Assembly: GCF_000020025.1 (NCBI RefSeq)
Contig: NC_010628.1
Coordinates: 5,100,001 to 5,132,000 of the forward strand
Reading direction: 5' to 3'
Source: Nostoc punctiforme PCC 73102
Lineage (GTDB): Bacteria > Cyanobacteriota > Cyanobacteriia > Cyanobacteriales > Nostocaceae
DNA: 32,000 bases
Below the pieces are notes generated by a model. It searched no databases and was not told the DNA's origin. It saw only the letters and a list, made by a program, of their open reading frames with translations. Both the position numbers and the translations under genes were made by a program. This document shows positions 1 through 6,484 of the stretch, in pieces; positions within the stretch are counted from its first letter, which is position 1, and each line of letters starts with the position of its first letter.

Positions 1-49
1 AGCCATTAAAATTAGGGGTGTCCATCTACCCATCTTGTCTTACTCCTTT

Positions 50-388
50 TTAACCTTTTGGTGTCCACACTATTCGAGAACCTTGTCCCCAAAATCCATC
101 AAACTTTGTCACTTTCACATCGCCTAAAACCTGAGTTTGGCAGGCTAAACGCAAGTCTGTTTTAGGAGAATGGGGAGGAAGCGAACGCCGGGCTCGATCG
201 CGCCAATTCGCTGCTGATACTTCGCCCTCTACCTTAACCGCACAGGTTCCGCAACTGCCAATGCCCCGACAGTTTATTACCTTAGCACCGTCATTGTAGA
301 GGTGAATACCATTTTGCAGCAAAATTGTTCGGAGATTGCTTCCGCTTACGCACTGAATTGTTTTACCTTCAGCTAGTACTTTAGGCAT
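50..388 (-). CDS. 2Fe-2S ferredoxin-like iron-sulfur protein
   Basis: The ORF contains the cluster motif CRGIGSCGTCAV plus a distal Cys (LACQT), typical of 2Fe-2S ferredoxin-fold domains. I prefer the start at the internal ATG (MPKVLAEG, cat at 386-388). The 430 start would overlap the divergent cimA ORF. Confidence 0.8.
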   Translation of the reverse strand: MPKVLAEGKTIQCVSGSNLRTILLQNGIHLYNDGAKVINCRGIGSCGTCAVKVEGEVSAANWRDRARRSLPPHSPKTDLRLACQTQVLGDVKVTKFDGFWGQGSRIVWTPKG

Positions 389-463
389 TTTTAAATTGCC
401 AAACTGGCTTTTTGTTGTATATTGACACATTGCCTCGAAAGTTGTCTCGTCGGTCCCAGTTTT

Positions 464-2125
464 ATGACCACAAATTCCTCACCTCAACTTTGGCTCTATG
501 ACACTACATTACGGGATGGCACTCAGCGCGAGGGGCTATCTGTATCGATAGAAGATAAGTTACGCATTGCCAAGAGACTCGATCAACTGGGAGTTCCCTT
601 CATTGAAGGCGGTTGGCCTGGTGCTAATCCCAAGGATGTACAATTTTTCTGGCAACTCCAAGAAGATCCGCTAAAACAAGCTGAAATTGTGGCTTTTTGT
701 TCGACTCGACGGCCCAACTCCACTGCCGCAACCGAACCGATGTTACAGGATATTTTGGCTGCGGGAACTCGCTGGGTAACGATTTTTGGTAAGTCTTGGG
801 ATTTACATGTCACAACTAGCCTCAAAACGACACTAGAAGAAAATTTGGCGATGATTCGTGACACCATTGAGTACCTCCGTTCTCAAGGTCGTCGCATTAT
901 CTACGATGCCGAACATTGGTTTGATGGTTATAAGCACAATCCAGATTATGCTTTACAAACATTAGAGGCTGCGATCGCATCTGGTGCTGAATGGCTAGTC
1001 CTCTGTGATACCAATGGCGGCACTTTACCTCATGAAATTGGGCAAATTGTACAAGATGTCAGTAGTCATTTGTCATTTGTCACTTGTCAAGAAACAATGA
1101 CGAAGGACAACGGACAAAGGATAATTCCCCAAATTGGAATTCACACTCATAACGATTCAGAAATGGCGGTCGCTAACGCAATAGCCGCCGTGATGGCAGG
1201 GGCAAAGATGGTACAGGGCACAATTAATGGTTACGGTGAACGTTGCGGTAATGCTAACCTCTGTTCGTTAATTCCCAATTTACAACTGAAGCTGGGTTAC
1301 AGTTGTATCACAGAAGACCAGCTAACACAACTTACAGAAGCTAGTCGTTTTGTTAGTGAAGTGGTCAACCTCGCGCCAGATGAACACGCTCCCTTTGTGG
1401 GACTTTCGGCTTTTGCCCACAAGGGTGGTATTCATGTATCAGCTGTAGAACGTAATCCCCTGACTTACGAACACATTCAGCCGGAACAAGTCGGGAATCA
1501 TCGCCGCATTGTGATTTCTGAACAGTCTGGACTTAGCAATGTTCTAGCCAAAGCCCGCAGTTTTGGGATTGACCTCGATCAACTCAAGGCAGAAGCCAAG
1601 GAAATTCTCCAGCGTCTCAAAGATTTGGAGAGTGAAGGATTTCAATTTGAAGCAGCAGAGGCCAGTTTTGCACTACTGATGCACGAAGCTTTGGGAGGTC
1701 GCCAGAAGTTTTTTGAAGTCAAAGGTTTTCAAGTCCACTGTGACTTGGTTGAGGGAAAAGAAACTAGTAACGCCCTAGCTACAGTCAAAATCGCTGTTGA
1801 CGGCAAAAATATTCTGGAGGCGGCGGAAGGTAACGGCCCCGTTGCAGCTTTGGATGCTGCTTTACGCAAGGCTTTGGTGAATTTTTATCCCCAAATAGCT
1901 ACCTTTGATTTGACAGATTACAAAGTGCGAATTCTCAACGGACATACGGGGACTGCGGCAAAAACTCGTGTGTTGGTAGAATCCGGCAATGGTCGTCAGC
2001 GCTGGACGACGGTAGGGGTTTCCACCAATATTTTGGAGGCTTCCTATCAAGCGGTGGTGGAGGGCTTGGAATACGGTTTATTATTGCATTCCCAAGCAGA
2101 AGCGGCGGTGAAAGCTTCTACTTGA
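464..2125 (+). CDS. cimA: (R)-citramalate synthase / LeuA-family long form with C-terminal regulatory domain
   Basis: The N-terminus LWLYDTTLRDGTQREG...IEGGWPGANPKD and HTHNDSEMAVANAIAAV...GTINGYGERCGNANL are hallmarks of the CimA branch of the HMGL-like/LeuA family. This copy is distinct from the canonical LeuA at 22326-23948. The start is set at MTTNSS (464); the track start at 422 overlaps the divergent gene. Confidence 0.8.
   Translation: MTTNSSPQLWLYDTTLRDGTQREGLSVSIEDKLRIAKRLDQLGVPFIEGGWPGANPKDVQFFWQLQEDPLKQAEIVAFCSTRRPNSTAATEPMLQDILAAGTRWVTIFGKSWDLHVTTSLKTTLEENLAMIRDTIEYLRSQGRRIIYDAEHWFDGYKHNPDYALQTLEAAIASGAEWLVLCDTNGGTLPHEIGQIVQDVSSHLSFVTCQETMTKDNGQRIIPQIGIHTHNDSEMAVANAIAAVMAGAKMVQGTINGYGERCGNANLCSLIPNLQLKLGYSCITEDQLTQLTEASRFVSEVVNLAPDEHAPFVGLSAFAHKGGIHVSAVERNPLTYEHIQPEQVGNHRRIVISEQSGLSNVLAKARSFGIDLDQLKAEAKEILQRLKDLESEGFQFEAAEASFALLMHEALGGRQKFFEVKGFQVHCDLVEGKETSNALATVKIAVDGKNILEAAEGNGPVAALDAALRKALVNFYPQIATFDLTDYKVRILNGHTGTAAKTRVLVESGNGRQRWTTVGVSTNILEASYQAVVEGLEYGLLLHSQAEAAVKAST
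1065..1123. repeat. STRR2-type heptamer inverted repeat carried in-frame inside cimA
   Basis: The left arm gtcatttgtcatttgtcacttgtca (1065-1089) is an imperfect reverse complement of the right arm tgacgaaggacaacggacaaaggat (1098-1123). It is translated as SHLSFVTCQETMTKDNGQR. The same heptamer family occurs at 6321-6368 and 19301-19374. Confidence 0.7.
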
Positions 2126-2254
2126 AAAAATGGGATATTTAATGTAGGGAAAGTTTGCGTTTTTCGATAATTGGGGGGAGCGATCGCCAAAGTGCGATCG
2201 CTTCCTATAAGCCAACACCAAACCTTGAAGAATTGAATTAAGGAAATACACCAA

Positions 2255-2725
2255 GTGCAACAGGTTTTCTGGGTAGGAATCGGTTGTAAGCGGGGAACCT
2301 CACGGCAATTGATTGATTGGGCTATTGAGGAAGCCTTTCGAGAAAATCAACTTTTTCAAAGTGCGATCGCAGGGGTTGCTACCATTAACACTAAAGCCTC
2401 GGAAGTTGGTTTAATAGAACTTTGCCACCTACGCAATTTCCCCCTAAAAACCTTTTCTGGCCAAATCCTTCGTTCTGTCTGTGTCCCCAACCCTGCCACA
2501 ATTACTGACCACAAAGTAGGTACACCTAGCGTAGCAGAGGCAGCTGCTATTCTTGCAGCAACTCAAGCCTCGTTGTTAACTGCTTCCCCCTTTGGCAGCA
2601 CAGAAGCATTGGGAGTGAGACTCTTAGTTCCTAAACAAATTTTCCAGCTACAAGGGCAACCAGGAGCTGTAACGTTAGCTGTTGCCCAAGCCTCAAATAT
2701 TATGAGTATTACAAAAATTAACTAA
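2255..2725 (+). CDS. CbiG C-terminal-domain / CobE-like cobalamin biosynthesis protein
   Basis: GTG start with aagga 10 nt upstream. VGIGCKRGTS...AGVATINTKASEVGL...VGTPSVAEAAAILAA matches my memory of the CbiG_C/CobE family. This is a stand-alone small protein of 156 aa. Confidence 0.65.
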   Translation: MQQVFWVGIGCKRGTSRQLIDWAIEEAFRENQLFQSAIAGVATINTKASEVGLIELCHLRNFPLKTFSGQILRSVCVPNPATITDHKVGTPSVAEAAAILAATQASLLTASPFGSTEALGVRLLVPKQIFQLQGQPGAVTLAVAQASNIMSITKIN

Positions 2726-2730
2726 TTTTT

Positions 2731-3084
2731 CTAGTCAACAACTCTCAACAAATAGTTAATTATGCTAGAAACAATAGCTAGCACGATTGAACCTAACAAA
2801 GCAGGTAAAAAGCCCTGAATCTCAAAACCAGAACCAGGGGTTAAGGCACTTGCCAACCAAAGTGTTAAAGCATTGATTACCAATGTAAATAGACCAAAGG
2901 TGAGCAAGGTAATCGGAAAGGTCAAAATTTGCAAAATTGGTCTAATAAATGCGTTAACCAAACCAATAACCAGGGCAGCAACTAAGGCAACCACAAAATT
3001 CTTGATAAAGAATCCCGGAACGATATTAGCAGTAATAAATAACGCCACCGCAGTACCGAGCCAAGTTAATAAAAAGTGTTGCAT
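2731..3084 (-). CDS. small polytopic membrane protein (DUF360 / phage-holin-4-like family)
   Basis: 117 aa, almost entirely hydrophobic helices (about 4 TM). The N-terminus LLTWLGTAVALFITANIVPGF resembles the YvlD/DUF360 family. Confidence 0.7.
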   Translation of the reverse strand: MQHFLLTWLGTAVALFITANIVPGFFIKNFVVALVAALVIGLVNAFIRPILQILTFPITLLTFGLFTLVINALTLWLASALTPGSGFEIQGFLPALLGSIVLAIVSSIINYLLRVVD

Positions 3085-3302
3085 AAGTTTTTTTAGAGGA
3101 ATTAGCAGTAAGTTTAATTAATTTCACTGTTGCCAGTCGTGATTTGTAACACTATCAGGTGTCTTTCTGCTTGACTCATAAAGTTGCCATTATCTTTTGT
3201 CAGCCCAAAAGTAATGTAATTTTTCTGTCCTGGCATAGAAAGATATTTCTAATCGGTGTATCTTTATCGTATTGCAGGATGTACCGGATTAAATTCATAA
3301 AG

Positions 3303-3555
3303 AAGAATTCAGAAGTTAGAATGGGCTACGCCCCGCTTCTTTACGAGACGATGCGTGTAGCTTGCTTCTCCGTAAGAGTACGCTAACGGGAGCGGAGCCG
3401 GAGACTCCGAAAGCTCCGGTCAGAATCAAGATACTCTCTAAGAGTTGCTATGCCACAGGCTTTACACTCCGAAGCATCCCTTTTTCAGTCACAATACCCA
3501 ACTAAATCCTGTTAGCGGTAGCGGGACGTTTAGCCCATCCTGACTCCTGAATTCT
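3303..3555. mobile_element. about 253-bp MITE-like element with about 27-bp terminal inverted repeats
   Basis: The left end agaattcagaagttagaatgggctacg (3303-3329) matches the reverse complement of the right end (cagaattcaggagtcaggatgggctaaacg, read from 3555) at about 24/27 positions. The interior folds back on itself (ccggag/ctccgg; cgctaacgg/cctgttagcg) and has no coding capacity. No target-site duplication (TSD) is recognisable. Confidence 0.55.
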
Positions 3556-3626
3556 GTTTTGATAAAAAAATGCTGTGAAGCGCAAAACCCCTACAGAGGT
3601 TTATTGAAGTTGAAAAACCTCTGTAC

Positions 3627-3749
3627 CCAATACTTTTCGGGTTTTGGGGGAAAGGGGAAAGGGAAAGAGAAATTCAAACCCTTTCCCTATTGCCCTTTAA
3701 CCTTTCCCCAGACCAAAAGAGAGATTATTGGGTTTAACCGAAAAGTATT
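3627..3749. mobile_element. 123-bp MITE-like palindromic element flanked by a 10-bp direct repeat
   Basis: The termini caatacttttcgg (3627-3639) and ccgaaaagtattg (3737-3749) are perfect reverse complements. The interior arms are purine-rich and pyrimidine-rich respectively (gggggaaaggggaaagggaaag / ctttccctattgccctttaacctttcccc). An identical cctctgtacc lies immediately on both sides (3617-3626 and 3750-3759). Confidence 0.65.
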
Positions 3750-3864
3750 GCCTCTGTACCTTGGGAACTTCCAAAAAAGAAATAAGTTACCAGAACTTCG
3801 GAGCATCTTGCCTGTAACTTTGGTTACAAAGCAAAAGAGACGCTGGCTATGCCCCCTAGTAAGG

Positions 3865-4878
3865 CTAACGCTGCAAAAGAACCTCCCAGGTAGAGCCACC
3901 AACTACACCATCAGCTTCTAAACCATAGCGCTTTTGTGCTGCTTTCACAGCAGTCTCGGTTGTCTCACCAAAGTCTCCATCGGCATCGCCTTTCAAGAAA
4001 CCAAGCTTTTTCAGTTGTTGTTGCAACTTAACAACTTCAGAACCACGTAACCCTATACGTAAAATTGGCAATCCTTCGGAGGTGTATTGAATACCAGGAG
4101 TTCGCTGAGTAGGTGTGTTTTTCTGAGTTCGAGTAGTTTGCCCAGTCCGTGTAGCTGACTGAGTTCTAGCAGTTGATGTAGTACGATTTGGCGTTTTTTG
4201 TGTGCTTGAAGTTGTAGCTTTTCTTGGGGTAGCAGGCCTTGGCTCAGGGCTAGTCGCAACTTGTGTTGTAGCTTTTTTTGGGGTAGCAGGTCTTGGCTCA
4301 GAGCTAGTTGCAACTTGTGTTGCAGCTTTTTTTGGGGTAGTAGGTCTTGGCTCAGGGCTAGTCGCGACTTGTGTTACAGCTTGTCTTGGGGGGTTGGGGT
4401 TAGGATTTGCAACGTTGGTGAGGCTGCTAGCCTGGGTTGGAACAGGAAAATTCGTAGCTGAGTTAAATCTTGGCTGGGATGAAGGGATAGTTGATGCTGC
4501 TACTGGTTGATTAGGGAAAAGTCTTTGCCAAGTGCTGGCATCAACAACGCCATCTGGATTTAAACCAGCTGCTTGTTTAAAACGGGCAACAGCACTGGCC
4601 GTATTCTCACTATAAATACCATCTACTGCACCAGAGTAAAAACCCAAAAGTTTCAGAGCTGCCTGAAGTTCAGATACGCGTTCGCCTTGGCTACCAACTT
4701 TGAGGTTAGGCCGACTGATGCTATCTCCAGGATTTATTTGGGCAATTTTTTGTGGCGCTGCTATTGATACTAAAGGCGTTGAGGCAATAAGCAGAGGCAT
4801 TGCGGATAACAAGAGTATTTCAATGGCTGAGAAAGATTTAGACCTCTTTGTCCACCAACTTTTTTGCCGTTTTTCCAT
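3865..4878 (-). CDS. secreted peptidoglycan-binding protein (two PG_binding_1 domains separated by a Pro/Thr-rich repeat linker)
   Basis: Two copies of the PG_binding_1 signature (GERVSELQAALKLLGFYSGAVDGIY...; GSEVVKLQQQLKKLGFLKGDADGDF...). Signal-like segment AIEILLLSAMPLLIASTPLVSIAAP. The start is set at MEKRQKSWW (4878); the track start at 4950 is an alternative. Confidence 0.8.
   Translation of the reverse strand: MEKRQKSWWTKRSKSFSAIEILLLSAMPLLIASTPLVSIAAPQKIAQINPGDSISRPNLKVGSQGERVSELQAALKLLGFYSGAVDGIYSENTASAVARFKQAAGLNPDGVVDASTWQRLFPNQPVAASTIPSSQPRFNSATNFPVPTQASSLTNVANPNPNPPRQAVTQVATSPEPRPTTPKKAATQVATSSEPRPATPKKATTQVATSPEPRPATPRKATTSSTQKTPNRTTSTARTQSATRTGQTTRTQKNTPTQRTPGIQYTSEGLPILRIGLRGSEVVKLQQQLKKLGFLKGDADGDFGETTETAVKAAQKRYGLEADGVVGGSTWEVLLQR
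4211..4391. repeat. 54-bp tandem repeat, about 3.3 copies, in-frame in the PG-binding protein
   Basis: Units at 4211-4264, 4265-4318 and 4319-4372 plus a partial unit. They are near-identical (gttgtagcttt[t/c]ttggggtagcagg[c/t]cttggctcag[g/a]gctagt[c/t]gcaacttgt) and encode TQVATSPEPRP(T/A)TPKKA(A/T). Confidence 0.9.
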
Positions 4879-5055
4879 TCCACAGCGATTTACAGTGGGG
4901 TCTAGTAATTTTAAGTAACTCAAAATACTTGCTGTCAGGCTGCTTTGCATGGAATTTACTCCCAGAATATTCTCATGCTAATGGTACAGCCGCTTGGTCT
5001 AAAAAACAGCTGCTCTATTTACGATGTCTTCTCTGAGAGACGTTACAAGTTTTAA

Positions 5056-6327
5056 TTACGCGATCGCTCGGTTAATTGCTTCTTCTTGACCAACTAAAGA
5101 CAAATAAGGTGATTTTAAATACTTACTTGCAGCAGCGATCGCATCCTTGGCACTCACCGCCGCAATCAATTCTTGAAACTTGGTATCAAAATCAATTCCT
5201 AAGCCCAAAATTTCATACCAGCCATATATCTGAGCAATTTGCCCATTTGTTTGTTTACCCAAGGCGTACTGTCCCAGAATCTTATTTTTCGCAGCTTGCA
5301 GGGCGCTTTCAGATACTTCAGTGGTAGACAATAAATCTACTTCTGTACGCAGTCCTTCTAGGGCAATGCTGGTATTTTCCGGTGCTGTACCCATGTAAAC
5401 TACAAATGAGGCTGGAAATAGCCTTGTGGAGTAAAAAGCAGATACTTCATAAGCTAAACCGCGTTTTTCGCGCAATTCGACAAACAAGCGACTAGAAAGC
5501 CCATTTCCCAAGTAGGTACACAACAACTTCAGGGCGGCGTAGTCAACAGAATTGACCGATGTTCCTAAATAACCAAGCATCACGATTGATTGTTGTGTCT
5601 GTACTGGCTTAACCTTTACCTGCGGTTCCACTTTAATCTCAGGTAAATTCAGTATTGGCAGTGCTTGGGCTGGCGCTTGCCAATCAGCAAAAACTTCTTC
5701 CACCAACGCTGCTGCGTCTGTAGATGTGACTCTCCCAGCAATGCTAATTACTACATTATCTGGGCGGAAATAAGTTTGATGATACTCTACCAAATCCGCA
5801 CGAGTTAAGCTACTCATACTGGTTTCATCTCCCAGTACTGACATAGAGTAGGGATGATTTTGGTACATTACCTGCCGCATTTGTTCAAAGGCGACATTGA
5901 AAGGTTGCTCTTTTTGCGAACGAATATCTTGGAGTGCTAAACGCCGTTCTAGTTCCACTTGAGTTTCGGGAAAAGTAGGCGATCGCAAAATCCGCCCTGC
6001 CAATGCTAAAATTTCCGCAAAATCTAATGTTACCGTCTTGAAAGATAGCAAAAAATAATCAGTACCAGCATCCGCACTCAAACTTGCTCCTACAGACTCG
6101 ACTTTTTCAGCAATTTCTAAGCTAGAAAGTCCATCGCATCCCTTTGTCATTACTGCTGATAGCAAATGCGCCAACCCTGCTTGCTCCCGGTTTTCGTTAC
6201 AACTACCGGCACGCACAAAGATCCGCGCTGCAATAATATCCGCAGCAGGGTTTTCTGCCGCCAGCACGACAATGCCATTATTCAATACGGTGCGATGGAT
6301 AGGTGATTTTTGCAGCAAGGTTGTCAT
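5056..6327 (-). CDS. M16-family (pitrilysin/insulinase-like) peptidase subunit lacking the HxxEH zinc motif
   Basis: M16 fold signature. The position of the zinc motif reads GLAHLLSAVMTKG, with no HxxEH. The start is ambiguous: TTG at 6369, ATG at 6348 and ATG at 6327 all lie in or next to a heptamer array. I prefer 6327 (MTTLLQKSP). Confidence 0.8.
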   Translation of the reverse strand: MTTLLQKSPIHRTVLNNGIVVLAAENPAADIIAARIFVRAGSCNENREQAGLAHLLSAVMTKGCDGLSSLEIAEKVESVGASLSADAGTDYFLLSFKTVTLDFAEILALAGRILRSPTFPETQVELERRLALQDIRSQKEQPFNVAFEQMRQVMYQNHPYSMSVLGDETSMSSLTRADLVEYHQTYFRPDNVVISIAGRVTSTDAAALVEEVFADWQAPAQALPILNLPEIKVEPQVKVKPVQTQQSIVMLGYLGTSVNSVDYAALKLLCTYLGNGLSSRLFVELREKRGLAYEVSAFYSTRLFPASFVVYMGTAPENTSIALEGLRTEVDLLSTTEVSESALQAAKNKILGQYALGKQTNGQIAQIYGWYEILGLGIDFDTKFQELIAAVSAKDAIAAASKYLKSPYLSLVGQEEAINRAIA

Positions 6328-6368
6328 TTGTCCTTTGTCATTTGTCATTTGTCCTTTGTCCTTTGTCA
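6321..6368. repeat. STRR2-type heptamer tandem array (TTTGTCA/TTTGTCC, about 7 units)
   Basis: Read directly: ttgtca tttgtcc tttgtca tttgtca tttgtcc tttgtcc tttgtca. If translated on the minus strand it gives MTKDKGQMTNDKGQ. Confidence 0.85.
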
Positions 6369-6369
6369 A

Positions 6370-6484
6370 AAACTAATGCCCCATTCCCAATTCCCAATAC
6401 TTCTCTACGAGAGGCTGCGCCCTAAGCGTAGCTATACCGCAGGCTTTACGACTGCGCTTAGTACAAGTTCCCAATTCCCAATAA
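6370..6484. repeat. composite intergenic dispersed repeat bracketed by STRR1-like heptamers
   Basis: ccccattcccaattcccaat (left) and gttcccaattcccaat (right) bracket two modules. These are cttctctacgagaggctgcgc (6400-6420) and gctataccgcaggctttacgactg (6431-6454). Both modules recur in the same order in the 3303-3555 element (3334-3354; 3446-3468). Confidence 0.6.

Noticed and set aside
422-463. Long N-terminal extensions of cimA (422) and the ferredoxin-like ORF (430), which make the two divergent ORFs overlap
   Set aside because: Internal ATGs (464 and 388) precede the conserved cores and remove the head-to-head overlap. The extensions have no conserved features.
2177-2205. HIP1-pair hairpin (ggagcgatcgc / gcgatcgcttcc) after cimA as a rho-independent terminator
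   Set aside because: The stem is good, but it is not followed by a T-run (tataagcc). It may simply be two adjacent HIP1 sites, so I left it uncalled.
3159-3921. Track ORFs 3159-3386 (+), 3559-3921 (+) and 3687-3902 (-) as possible genes
   Set aside because: They run straight through the two MITE-like or palindromic elements and low-complexity GGGAAA tracts. They have no recognisable motifs and have odd composition. They are best explained as repeat read-through.
4053-4510. ORFs 4053-4313 (-), 4202-4510 (+) and 4261-4461 (+) overlapping the PG-binding gene
   Set aside because: All three are generated by the 54-bp tandem repeat read in other frames or on the other strand, giving internally repetitive peptides. 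The PG_binding_1-containing frame is clearly the real one.
6321-6368. Heptamer arrays and hairpin families as a possible CRISPR array
   Set aside because: The repeat unit is 7 bp with no spacers. The hairpin repeats are dispersed rather than regularly spaced, and there are no cas genes. They fit STRR / small dispersed repeats of Nostocales.
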